A DNA stretch of 60,454 bases from an uncultured Muribaculaceae bacterium (GTDB lineage Bacteria; Bacillota_I; Bacilli_A; RF39; UBA660), in assembly GCA_964425325.1 (NCBI GenBank), contig CAYRLX010000005.1, forward strand, positions 1 to 60,454, given 5' to 3'. A program made the position numbers and the translations under genes. Positions 16,634-26,189 of this stretch are shown piece by piece. The notes under the pieces were generated by a model that saw nothing but the letters and a program-made list of their open reading frames with translations, was not told where the DNA came from and did not search any database. Within the stretch, counting starts at the first letter, position 1; every line of letters starts with the position of its first letter.

Positions 16634-17200
16634 TTAACGGACTATATTATATTTAATACAAACATTGTTGTATACTTTTTTTAAATACTTCCTTTTTAAA
16701 GCTTTTTTTAAACCATCAGTATCAATTTTTTTTAAAACGATATCTACAAATTCTACACTACCAGGATGCTTAACTACTATATTATCTCTATCAATATTAT
16801 CCCAATATTTTAAAGGTTCATGCTGATTCCAATTCTTTCCTTTATAAGCCATACCTGCGGCCACCTTATCACAAATAGACTCTACAATATACTTATATGG
16901 GATAAAAACACCTATTCTCTTATCTCTACTTAAATCTTCCCAATACTCAAAATGATGCTTATTCCTTCCCTTATGATGACACCATACTGTACTATAGCCT
17001 AGTTTATCACGAGCTACTTTAATTGGACTCTTGTGACCATCAAAGTATTTACAACTAATCCAAAATTCATCATAAGAATACTTAGATAAATCATGAATAA
17101 GTCCCCTAAAAGGTATCCCAGCCATACACGATAGTTTAAAAACATAAAATCTATGTTTATTTACTAAATGAAAATGTTTTAAAATATTTTTTAACTTCAT
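16634..17200 (-). CDS. conserved hypothetical His-rich protein (possibly DUF5662-like)
   Basis: 188 aa with LIHDLSKYS and WCHHKGRNKHHFEYW motifs. The family assignment is from memory only. Confidence 0.45.
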   Translation of the reverse strand: MKLKNILKHFHLVNKHRFYVFKLSCMAGIPFRGLIHDLSKYSYDEFWISCKYFDGHKSPIKVARDKLGYSTVWCHHKGRNKHHFEYWEDLSRDKRIGVFIPYKYIVESICDKVAAGMAYKGKNWNQHEPLKYWDNIDRDNIVVKHPGSVEFVDIVLKKIDTDGLKKALKRKYLKKVYNNVCIKYNIVR

Positions 17201-17201
17201 A

Positions 17202-18365
17202 CTAACCCTTCTTACTTATCTCTAGCATTAAAGGTATTGTTTCTAAAATCGCTTTAGTATTATCTTCAATAATTCTAGAGTACACATGTTTAAAACCTTC
17301 ATCACTACCGTCTATTTCTAAATCCATAAATTGCGAAAGTGGATGTCCTCTAACAGAACCAAGTTCTATAAGTAAACTAACAGGAAATAAAGTTTTTAAT
17401 TTACAGTCCATAGTAGTATATATATCCATCCCATCTAATTTATAATCACAAACCTCTGCATACTTAGAAGCAACCAAATAATTCTTATTAATGTCTTCCT
17501 CTCCAAAATCTTTTTTCCATGGATTTTCTTCATCAGCTAAAGAAAGATAATAAACAATATTGCCGCAGCTATGATAAATAAAAGAACCAATTAAATTATA
17601 ATTATTCTTAATACTATAGTAAAAATCCATTAAAGCTTTATTTTCAGGTTCAATCTCACCAGGATTTTCAAAATAAGGACAACCAACAGGGCCAGGCAAA
17701 TTTCTTTTAATTGTATTTAAATGCATACTAGCATATATCTCTTCGCCATTCTTAACCCTATCTAAAAATTTACCACATTCAATATTACTATTTAAATCAA
17801 CGCCTCTTCCATTACTAGACCAGTTTATCATGCAACCTCTAGGTAGATTATATTTATTAAATAAACTAGACACACTCTTACCAAGCTCACCTTCTAAATC
17901 AGATGGACTGCTATATCTAAACATCCACTCTTGAAGCTTTATATCTTTATCCCCATATTTATTCGCATAATCTCCTTCGATATAACTATTTCTATAAAAG
18001 GTTAATAGGTAAGTCTCAAGAACATCGTCACTTATATCACGAGGAATTAAAGATCTAATAGCTTTAGTTACGATTATAGTCCCCTCAGGGTTTACAAATG
18101 GAATAAAATCTAAAGTATATAAATCAGTATCAATACTAATCTCTCCTTTAGATAACTTCTCCATAAATCTAATTACAAAAATATTACTAATTAATTCAGA
18201 TGCATGAGTACCACCTGTAATAATAACATGATTCTTACCATTACCATAACTATAATGATCAATAGGATACCCAAAATTAGTAAAACCAATAGGTTCACAT
18301 TTTTTAATATTATCTAAAGAAGATAGTAACTCATTCATCTCCTCAAAATCCAATAATTTCTTCAT
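17202..18365 (-). CDS. M14-family zinc carboxypeptidase-like protein
   Basis: 387 aa with an HxxE zinc motif in GGTHASELIS and a later His in FIYHSCGN. Confidence 0.65.
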   Translation of the reverse strand: MKKLLDFEEMNELLSSLDNIKKCEPIGFTNFGYPIDHYSYGNGKNHVIITGGTHASELISNIFVIRFMEKLSKGEISIDTDLYTLDFIPFVNPEGTIIVTKAIRSLIPRDISDDVLETYLLTFYRNSYIEGDYANKYGDKDIKLQEWMFRYSSPSDLEGELGKSVSSLFNKYNLPRGCMINWSSNGRGVDLNSNIECGKFLDRVKNGEEIYASMHLNTIKRNLPGPVGCPYFENPGEIEPENKALMDFYYSIKNNYNLIGSFIYHSCGNIVYYLSLADEENPWKKDFGEEDINKNYLVASKYAEVCDYKLDGMDIYTTMDCKLKTLFPVSLLIELGSVRGHPLSQFMDLEIDGSDEGFKHVYSRIIEDNTKAILETIPLMLEISKKG

Positions 18366-18386
18366 ATAACCACCTATTAATTATAT

Positions 18387-19139
18387 TTACTTAGTCTTCT
18401 TTTCTTGAATCTTATAAGTCATTTTTAAAAGTAACTTTCTAGGAACAAATCTACTAAAAAATAAAGCACATTTCATCTTAAAAGTAGGAACAATTATTAA
18501 TTTTTCATTAAACATACATTTAATCGCATACCTAGCTACACTCATACTATCTATACTCTTAACTCCAAATTTAACCCTAGCTACTTTATTAAATTCAGTA
18601 TCGACAGGCCCTGGACATAAACAACTAATAGATACATTACTACCCATTTTCTTAAGCTCTTCATACAAAGCAGAAGAAAAACTAACAACATAATTCTTAG
18701 TAGAATAATAAGTGGCCATTAAAGGCCCAGGCATAAATCCCGCACTACTACCTACATTTAAAATATATCCTTGATCCTTTTTAACAAAATCCTTTAAAAA
18801 TAATTTAGTTAAAGTATGTAAAGACTTAATATTTAAATCAATCATATCAAGCTCTTTATCCAAATTGCTTTCAGTAAAATACCCACACATACCAAAACCA
18901 GCATTATTTATTAAAATATCTATATCTTCTTTTTTAACCTCTTTATATAGCTCCATACAGTTATAAGTACTAGATATATCTTTAACAATTATTTTAGCAT
19001 TTTCACCAAGTTCCTTTTGTAATTTTTCTAGTCTACTCTTTCTTCTAGCAACTAATATTACTTCATAACCTTCATCTACTAAAACTCTTGCCATATCCGC
19101 ACCAATACCACTACTCGCACCAGTTATTAAAGCTTTCAT
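18387..19139 (-). CDS. SDR-family oxidoreductase
   Basis: TGASSGIG cofactor motif, NNAG, and a YxxxK catalytic motif (YYSTK). Confidence 0.9.
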   Translation of the reverse strand: MKALITGASSGIGADMARVLVDEGYEVILVARRKSRLEKLQKELGENAKIIVKDISSTYNCMELYKEVKKEDIDILINNAGFGMCGYFTESNLDKELDMIDLNIKSLHTLTKLFLKDFVKKDQGYILNVGSSAGFMPGPLMATYYSTKNYVVSFSSALYEELKKMGSNVSISCLCPGPVDTEFNKVARVKFGVKSIDSMSVARYAIKCMFNEKLIIVPTFKMKCALFFSRFVPRKLLLKMTYKIQEKKTK

Positions 19140-19295
19140 ACTATCACCTTACCCCTAATAATTATATAATACTAAAAATCAAAAGTAAATTAAAATAGAA
19201 AAAATATTTAATATCATATAATTTAATTTAAGACAAATATTATAATATTTAAAAACATATAATATTATATTATTATTATCACCTTTTCTAAAAAT

Positions 19296-19835
19296 GTGAT
19301 TTTTTATATTGAAAAATCTTATAAAAATGTGATAATTGGTAAAGAAAATTATAAATCTTTTATTGAAATTAACTATGTTTCTATGCCAGAGTTTAGCAAT
19401 ATCTTTCAAGATGGATATACAACAGATAAAGTCATCAAAAATATGAGTTTATTAAATAGCAACTTACAATTTATTCCTGGAGAAACATTATTCTTTTTTG
19501 ATGAAATGCAAGAATTTCCAGATACAGCTACTTCATTAAATTTTTTTCATGAAGATGGAAGATTTGATGTAATCTGCTCCGGTTCATTAATGGGAATTAA
19601 CTATAATCAAATTCATTCAAATAGCGTCGGTAATAAAGAAGATTACACAATAAGATTTCTTGATGAAGAATCTCAAAAAGATTTAAGAAATAATCAAAAC
19701 TTTGGAACATATAAAGGAACTTTGTATGAAAATATTGTTACTGATATGCTTGTTAAAGCTGGATTTGATCTATTCTTCTATAGAGATGAACAAAATAAAA
19801 TTGAAATGGATTTCATTTTAAGAAAAGATTCTTAA
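19296..19835 (+). pseudogene. remnant of an AAA_14/DUF4143-family ATPase gene
   Basis: 179-aa ORF keeps the Walker B-like FFFDEMQEFPD and the C-terminal ..LYENIVTDMLVKAGFDLFFYRD. It lacks the Walker A N-terminus and roughly 190 aa of the middle, by comparison with the intact family member at 45602-46810. Confidence 0.6.
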
Positions 19836-20053
19836 AAGACAAAGATAATTAATTAAATATTATTACTTTTACTGACTTTCTGCTTTTTACTTTTGAGAAA
19901 TAATCAATAAGAAAGTCTTTTTTTTATACTTTTTTTTCAAATGAGCTTTTTTCAATAGATGACTCTATGCTTAATAGTAATCTTAAATCTTCTGTTTTCA
20001 CTTCTTTTCTTACCTCTCCTTCATGTAACTACTGTTACACTACAATTATTGCA

Positions 20054-20086
20054 TAAAAAAAAAATTATTAGCAAGTAGCTAATAAT
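20054..20086 (-). terminator. rho-independent terminator downstream of the 391-aa secreted protein gene
   Basis: On the minus strand, ATTATTAGC-tactt-GCTAATAAT is followed by a T10 run. Confidence 0.65.
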
Positions 20087-20243
20087 CACTATTCCAACAC
20101 CCCACTCAATAGCTTTTACAAAAAAGTACCCCATTCAATCGTAAAAAAACTCTATCATTGATTATTTATAAAATTTATTGTCAACCAACACCATTTACAG
20201 AACAACCATGGTCTACATTTTTTATAATCAAATCATGAAGAAA

Positions 20244-21419
20244 CTATGAATTCGTACAAGTATTATCGGTAACAATTTTATAAGGATTTGAACTTGTACC
20301 GTCACCTTTTAATTTAACACATGAAATTAAATAAAAGGAAGGGTAAACATTACTTTCACCAGAAACCCCAAAAGGACCAGCATAACCTTCCGAACCTACA
20401 CCCCATGTACTTCCTACATACTGAGCTTGAGCTATTGTCATTGTCATATGATTAGTTGATTTAACCAACCAGTTCGTCGTTTTACAAGTTGAATAGTTTC
20501 CAGCCTGATAAGTATTTGAATATACTGTTCCACACAATGACGTATTTGTATTTGCTTTCACAAAATCTATCACACTAATTAGACCAATTTTACCTTGCCA
20601 CGAATATTGTTTTGCTTGATTAATATCCTCAGTTATTGTTTGTCCTGATGTGTAAGTAACTATTCCAGCATCAAATAAATGAGTAGCAATCAACGAATTA
20701 TAAGATAATCCATCTACCCAACCGATTATGTTTTGATAAGTACTTGAATTTCCTTTAGAACTTGTAGTAAGATACTTTCCTCCATTTAAATATACATTTA
20801 TATATGAATCATATTTTGGCAAATCATATGTTGTAGAACTTGAAAGATTTTTTAGTATCTTAGCCGAACCGTCACCAGAAGCATCTTTTAAAAGTATTCC
20901 AGATGAATTTCTCATTGTATCTGCACCACCCCATACACTACATCCATCAGACGCAAAAGACCAAAAACAATAATCAGTTGTAGTGCTAGAAGTTCTTGTT
21001 CCATTTTCTGATGACTTATATGTTACACCGCTTATAGCTGTAGAATAACCAGGATCCCATACAATATTTCCTATCGAATCATTTTTTATCACTTTTAATG
21101 TTCCGTCTGTTTCAATAGCAATCATTCTATATGTATCATTACCAAGTGTTAAATAGTTACATGGATCAGCTCCACGATAAATAAATCTACCTGCTTCATA
21201 TGGGTCTTGTACTAATTCCCCATTACCACAAGTGCCAGCAGTACTCTTTAATTGCTCTACTGTATAAGTCGTAGTTGGATGAACATTACCCTTTGCATTT
21301 AACCTAATAGTAGTTGAAAAAGCTGCATAACCTACGCTAAAAAACAAAAGCATAGAAAATGTTCCAAAAATTATCAAACTTTTCTGACGTTTTAATTTAC
21401 CTCTCTTAGTCAATCTCAT
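20244..21419 (-). CDS. secreted/cell-surface protein, paralog of 43976-45469, with VGYAAFS signal motif
   Basis: ATG at 21419 follows GGGTGG. Basic N-terminus, TM helix, then VGYAAFS. Shared blocks with the paralog: YRGA(D/N)P.NY, Y(S/T)W.G.I.L, TCKTTN.L.KS. Confidence 0.7.
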   Translation of the reverse strand: MRLTKRGKLKRQKSLIIFGTFSMLLFFSVGYAAFSTTIRLNAKGNVHPTTTYTVEQLKSTAGTCGNGELVQDPYEAGRFIYRGADPCNYLTLGNDTYRMIAIETDGTLKVIKNDSIGNIVWDPGYSTAISGVTYKSSENGTRTSSTTTDYCFWSFASDGCSVWGGADTMRNSSGILLKDASGDGSAKILKNLSSSTTYDLPKYDSYINVYLNGGKYLTTSSKGNSSTYQNIIGWVDGLSYNSLIATHLFDAGIVTYTSGQTITEDINQAKQYSWQGKIGLISVIDFVKANTNTSLCGTVYSNTYQAGNYSTCKTTNWLVKSTNHMTMTIAQAQYVGSTWGVGSEGYAGPFGVSGESNVYPSFYLISCVKLKGDGTSSNPYKIVTDNTCTNS

Positions 21420-21501
21420 ATATACCACCCTATCTTAATACAATTATAACCAAAAATAAAAAAAGAATCAATGTTTTGATTCTTAATTTTATATAATAAT
21501 T

Positions 21502-22884
21502 TTATCTTCTCTTATGTTCGTCTGATCCCGAAGCAATTAATGAATCTTGTCTAGTCTTTTTATTACTTAATAATTCCATTATAAAATCCTTTTTTGATTC
21601 ATCAAGTTCACCTTTAGAAATTAATTCTATTTGTAAATCTATCCACCTACCTAAATCTATATTTTTTGCCCTTTCATCATCCAAATCTACAAAACCTTTA
21701 TCTTTAAATATACTTTTTGCGGTTACAAAAAAATCTAACCATTTACTTTCAGATACACGTCTAAAATAATAATCATTCATTACATCATGAACATATTTTC
21801 CATTACTGAAATCAACTTCACCCATATCTAAACCAGAAACATTAGAAAGGGGATAATGGTTTAATTCTTTTCCATTAACAGTAAGTCTACTAGTTTTATT
21901 AGAAATAAGTAACTTTATATCTTCTCTTTTCCTATCACTAAGCTTATAAGAAGAAATATCCAAAATTTGTCTATCTAGCCATTCACCTAATCTTATTTCT
22001 TTAGCCCTTTCATCATCTAAATCAACATATCCCTTATCCTCTAATATACAAAGTGCAATATAAACATAATAATCAAAATTATCATCAGCCTTTTTAGGCA
22101 TCAAAGTATAATCTAATGAAAGTTCAGATAAAAGAAATTTTTCAACTTTTTGTATATCAAATTCTTCCTCAACTGATTTAAATTCAAATCCAATCTTTTC
22201 AAGTATATAAATTAAATGTTCATAATTTTTCTCAAATATTTTTTCTCTTTTTGCAGGATCTTCTAAATCAATTCTTAAATCATGCACTTCCTTATTAACA
22301 GAATCCTTTATTCTTTTAGCTGCAGTTCCATCTAAATGAAGATCATCAGTATCTTTTTTAGAAAAAAGTCCAAATAAAGAAATAACATTATTTTCAACAC
22401 TTTTTAAATATAATCTAGTCTGGTAATCTTTATATTTTTTATAACCTGCTAAATCCTTATAATTAGAATTATAATGAACAACTTTTTCTTTGTCACTTTC
22501 ATCTACACCATACAAACAGTATTCAAAAACTTTTCTTAAATGATGATCTATAGTCATTTTCTTCAAATCAGAATCTATAAAATAATTATATGCATCAGAT
22601 GAATTAAAAATAATCTTGTTTACAAAAGGAACTCTTTTACTAAAAGAATAACCATAATGTTCCATACATATTTTAATTTTAGCTTCAATTTCAGACAATA
22701 TTTCACTCGCATCTTCTTCACCAAAAGCCATATATTCTTTATAAGATTCTATCAAACTATAAATAAGATAATACATAATCTTTTTAAAATCAGATGACTT
22801 TTTATTTGGTAAATGATAATATACTTCCTCTACATCAACACTGTCAATTAACTCAAAATAAGCCTTCTTTACTTCTTCAATCAT
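21502..22884 (-). CDS. hypothetical cytoplasmic protein with two helicase-associated (HA)-like repeats
   Basis: 460 aa from the ATG at 22884 (after AGGTGA). Internal duplication: DKGYVDLDDERAKEIRLGEWLDRQ.. and DKGFVDLDDERAKNIDLGRWIDLQ.. Confidence 0.6.
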   Translation of the reverse strand: MIEEVKKAYFELIDSVDVEEVYYHLPNKKSSDFKKIMYYLIYSLIESYKEYMAFGEEDASEILSEIEAKIKICMEHYGYSFSKRVPFVNKIIFNSSDAYNYFIDSDLKKMTIDHHLRKVFEYCLYGVDESDKEKVVHYNSNYKDLAGYKKYKDYQTRLYLKSVENNVISLFGLFSKKDTDDLHLDGTAAKRIKDSVNKEVHDLRIDLEDPAKREKIFEKNYEHLIYILEKIGFEFKSVEEEFDIQKVEKFLLSELSLDYTLMPKKADDNFDYYVYIALCILEDKGYVDLDDERAKEIRLGEWLDRQILDISSYKLSDRKREDIKLLISNKTSRLTVNGKELNHYPLSNVSGLDMGEVDFSNGKYVHDVMNDYYFRRVSESKWLDFFVTAKSIFKDKGFVDLDDERAKNIDLGRWIDLQIELISKGELDESKKDFIMELLSNKKTRQDSLIASGSDEHKRR

Positions 22885-22970
22885 TAATATCACCTAAATA
22901 CATTATATCAAAAAATATTAATTTATAAAAATAAAATAGGTAATATATTCCAAAAATAACTGTAAAATGT

Positions 22971-22994
22971 AAAAAAAGACGTTTACTTAACGTC
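22971..22994 (-). terminator. rho-independent terminator of the alpha operon (after rplQ)
   Basis: On the minus strand, GACGTT-aagta-AACGTC is followed by a T7 run. The rplQ stop codon lies in the loop. Confidence 0.75.
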
Positions 22995-23339
22995 TCCTTC
23001 AACTAATTCTAATTTAACTATTAAAGCATCATCGCCTCTACGTTCATCTAGTTTAAGTATTCTAGTATATCCGCCTTCTCTTTTAGCATATCTAACAGCT
23101 AAATCACTAAATACTTTTTCCACAGTTTTCTTATCATTGTGTAAGAAAGCTAAAGCTCTTCTTCTAGCTCCGACTGATCCGTCTTTACCATAAGTAATCA
23201 TCTTATCGACAAACTTACGTACTTCTTTAGCTCTAGTTTCAGTAGTTTTAACGCTTTCATTATTAATGACATCTCTAGTTAGATTGGCAAGCATTGCTCT
23301 TCTATGTTTATTGTCACGTCCTAATTTTCTATAAGCCAT
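22983..23339 (-). CDS. rplQ: 50S ribosomal protein L17
   Basis: [18 protein letters not shown]-terminus; synteny after rpoA. Confidence 0.97.
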   Translation of the reverse strand: MAYRKLGRDNKHRRAMLANLTRDVINNESVKTTETRAKEVRKFVDKMITYGKDGSVGARRRALAFLHNDKKTVEKVFSDLAVRYAKREGGYTRILKLDERRGDDALIVKLELVEGDVK

Positions 23340-23354
23340 TTTTCATCCTCCTAA

Positions 23355-24302
23355 CTAATCTTCGTCACGGAATTTAAGTCCCATATCCTTAATTTTATCC
23401 ATAACTTCTTTTAAAGATTTCTTACCTAAATTACGAATTTTCATCATTTCCATCTCAGATTTTTGAGTTAAATCACCTAAAGTATTAATATTAGCTCTCT
23501 TTAAGCAATTATAAGCTCTAACTGAGAAATCTAAATCATCTATTGAAGTTTCTAACTTCTTAAGTTTACTATCTTCTTGTTTAGCATTCATAATACCAGT
23601 CATATCAGAAATATCAGATAAATTAGTAACTATGTTCAAGTGTTCAATTAATATTTTAGCACCAAGTGCCATAGCCTCTTCAGGTCTAATAGAGCCATTA
23701 GTTTTAACTTCCATAGTTAACTTATCGTATGAAGCATCTTGTCCAACACGAGTTTTCTCAACATTTGGAACAACTAACTCAACAGGTGAATAATTAGCAT
23801 CAATTGGAATAAAACCTAAAGTAGTATCTTCAATATACTTCTTATTTTCAGAAGATAAAGCAGAACCCCTACCGTTAGCAATAATAAATTCCATATCTAA
23901 TTTTCCACCTTTAGCAAGTGTTGCTATTACATGATCTGGATTAATTATCTCAACATCAGAATCAACTTTAATATCAGAAGCCTTAACCTCACCTTCAGAT
24001 TTAACTGATAAATGAGCAGTTTTAACTTCATCAGAATGATTTCTTAAAACGACACCTTTAAGATTAAGAATAATTTGTGTTACATCCTCTATAACACCTT
24101 CTATTGTAGTAAATTCATGCATTACTCCATCAATTTTAACAGCCACAATAGCACATCCTGGCATAGAAGAAAGCATTACTCTTCTAAGTGCATTAGATAA
24201 AGTAAGTCCAAATCCTCTTTCCAAAGGTTCTAATTCAAATTTTCCATAATTATTATTTTCAACATATTCTGTTATTTTATAATCTGGTTTTTCAAAGTTC
24301 AT
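23355..24302 (-). CDS. rpoA: DNA-directed RNA polymerase subunit alpha
   Basis: 315 aa; GFGLTLSNALRRVMLSS; C-terminal domain SVRAYNCLKRANI. Confidence 0.97.
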   Translation of the reverse strand: MNFEKPDYKITEYVENNNYGKFELEPLERGFGLTLSNALRRVMLSSMPGCAIVAVKIDGVMHEFTTIEGVIEDVTQIILNLKGVVLRNHSDEVKTAHLSVKSEGEVKASDIKVDSDVEIINPDHVIATLAKGGKLDMEFIIANGRGSALSSENKKYIEDTTLGFIPIDANYSPVELVVPNVEKTRVGQDASYDKLTMEVKTNGSIRPEEAMALGAKILIEHLNIVTNLSDISDMTGIMNAKQEDSKLKKLETSIDDLDFSVRAYNCLKRANINTLGDLTQKSEMEMMKIRNLGKKSLKEVMDKIKDMGLKFRDED

Positions 24303-24316
24303 AAAGGGCTCCTTTC

Positions 24317-24700
24317 TTATCCACGAGGTCTTTTAGGTGGACGACATCCATTATGTGGCATAGGTGTCACATCAGAAATTGAAACGATTTCTAATCCTGC
24401 AGTTTGAAGTGAACGAATTGCAGTCTCACGTCCTGAACCTAGACCTTTAGCAAATACCTCAACTTTTTTCATTCCCATTTCAGCAGCAGCTTTTCCTGCA
24501 GCTTCAGCAGCCATACCAGCAGCAAATGGAGTAGATTTTTTACTACCTTTAAATCCAAGTGTACCAGCAGAGGCCCAACTAATCGCATTACCGTCTTTAT
24601 CAGTAAGAGTTACGATAGTATTATTAAAGGTTGAATGAACAAAAGCTTTACCCTCTGGGACATTCTTTTTAACTTTACGTTTTCTTGCTTTATAAGCCAT
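24317..24700 (-). CDS. rpsK: 30S ribosomal protein S11
   Basis: [15 protein letters not shown] and [13 protein letters not shown]. Confidence 0.97.
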   Translation of the reverse strand: MAYKARKRKVKKNVPEGKAFVHSTFNNTIVTLTDKDGNAISWASAGTLGFKGSKKSTPFAAGMAAEAAGKAAAEMGMKKVEVFAKGLGSGRETAIRSLQTAGLEIVSISDVTPMPHNGCRPPKRPRG

Positions 24701-24714
24701 AATATCCTCCTTTA

Positions 24715-25080
24715 TTATTTTTTCTTATTAGCGATAGTTTTAGGTTTACCCTTACGAGTTCTAGCATTTCTACGAGTACTTTGACCATGTACAGGTAACC
24801 CTCTTTTATGACGAACACCTTGATAAGAATTAATTTCCATCTTAGTTTTAATATTCATGTTAACTTCACGACGTAAGTCACCTTCAGTTAAATATTTATT
24901 AACCTCATCACGAATTTTAGCAAGTTCATCATTATTTAAATCTCCAGCTTTAGTATTCTTATTTACACCAGCATCAGATAAAATTTGATTAGATAAATTT
25001 CTTCCAATACCATATATATAAGTTAAAGCAATTTCGATTCTCTTATTATTAGGTATATCTACACCCTTAATACGTGCCAT
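24715..25080 (-). CDS. rpsM: 30S ribosomal protein S13
   Basis: [26 protein letters not shown]. Confidence 0.97.
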   Translation of the reverse strand: MARIKGVDIPNNKRIEIALTYIYGIGRNLSNQILSDAGVNKNTKAGDLNNDELAKIRDEVNKYLTEGDLRREVNMNIKTKMEINSYQGVRHKRGLPVHGQSTRRNARTRKGKPKTIANKKK

Positions 25081-25091
25081 ATCTTTGCCTC

Positions 25092-25205
25092 CTAACCTTG
25101 TCTTTGTTTGTGTTTTGGATTAACACAAATAACCATTGTCTTTCCATTACGTTTGATAATTTTACATTTATCACACATTTTTTTTACTGATGGTCTTACT
25201 TTCAT
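25092..25205 (-). CDS. rpmJ: 50S ribosomal protein L36
   Basis: Not in the ORF track. Manual translation gives [37 protein letters not shown] (37 aa, Zn-ribbon type), between infA and rpsM. Confidence 0.95.
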   Translation of the reverse strand: MKVRPSVKKMCDKCKIIKRNGKTMVICVNPKHKQRQG

Positions 25206-25216
25206 ATATATTCCTC

Positions 25217-25438
25217 CTACCTAGTCACTCTATAGGTTATACGCCCACATGTTAAATCATAAGGTGATAACTCGAGTTTTACTTTGTCACCTAGTAAAAT
25301 ACGAATGTGATGCATACGCATTTTACCAGAAATGTGGGCCTTAACAATTTGATTATTCTCAAGTTTTACCTGAAATTCACCTCCAGGTAAAATTTCCTCA
25401 ACAACTCCTTCAAGTTCAATGACAGATTCCTTTGCCAT
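25217..25438 (-). CDS. infA: translation initiation factor IF-1
   Basis: 73 aa; [13 protein letters not shown]..; S1-like fold sequence. Confidence 0.97.
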   Translation of the reverse strand: MAKESVIELEGVVEEILPGGEFQVKLENNQIVKAHISGKMRMHHIRILLGDKVKLELSPYDLTCGRITYRVTR

Positions 25439-25442
25439 CCTA

Positions 25443-26189
25443 TCACCTCCTAGTTAATATTTCATACCCATCTTTAGTAACAAGTACCGTATGTTCAAAG
25501 TGCGCTGAAGGCTTACCATCGGCAGTTATTATAGTCCAGCCATCCTCTAAAATATAAACTTTTCTAGTCCCTAAATTAAGCATAGGCTCAACCGCAATAA
25601 CCATACCTTCTTTTAAAACTGGTCCAGTACCCCTCGCACCATAATTAGGTACATCAGGTTCTTCATGAACATCAGTTCCAACACCATGACCAACAAGCTC
25701 TCTAACAACACCAAGTCCATGTTCTTTTGCATACTTACTAACCGCATACCCAATATCACCAACATGGCAACCATCGTGTATAGCTTCTAAGCCTTTAAAT
25801 AAACTCTTCTCAGTGTGTTCGAGTAAATACTTCTTTTTATCTGAAATCTCCCCAACCGCATAAGTCCAAGCAGAATCTCCATGATAACCTTTCCAGCAAG
25901 CACCAATATCAAGAGTAATAATATCACCCTCTTTTAAAGTCCTACCACTTGGAATACCATGAACAACTTCATTATTAATAGACGCACATACAGTTCCAGG
26001 AAAACCATCATAACCTTTAAATGATGGGGTCGCACCCCTACTTAAAATATAATCCTCAGCTAATTTATCAAGCTCTAAAGTAGTAATACCTGGTTTAATA
26101 TAAGGCTTTAAATAATTATGAGTACTGCCCGTTATCTCGCCAGCTATTCGAAGAAGTTCAACCTCTTCTTCACTTTTTATACTTATCAT
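25443..26189 (-). CDS. map: type I methionine aminopeptidase
   Basis: 248 aa; [18 protein letters not shown], and HGVG..HE motifs. Confidence 0.95.
   Translation of the reverse strand: MISIKSEEEVELLRIAGEITGSTHNYLKPYIKPGITTLELDKLAEDYILSRGATPSFKGYDGFPGTVCASINNEVVHGIPSGRTLKEGDIITLDIGACWKGYHGDSAWTYAVGEISDKKKYLLEHTEKSLFKGLEAIHDGCHVGDIGYAVSKYAKEHGLGVVRELVGHGVGTDVHEEPDVPNYGARGTGPVLKEGMVIAVEPMLNLGTRKVYILEDGWTIITADGKPSAHFEHTVLVTKDGYEILTRR

Noticed and set aside
19179-19409. 76-aa minus-strand ORF in the SDR / pseudogene intergenic region
   Set aside because: It is an extremely AT-rich, low-complexity translation that overlaps the promoter region and the start of the relic ATPase.
19924-20001. 25-codon GTG ORF (KTEDLRLLLSIESSIEKSSFEKKV) with a GAAGGAGAGG RBS in the non-coding gap
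   Set aside because: It is too short to evaluate and has no known motif. It may be debris of a deleted gene, so it is not called.
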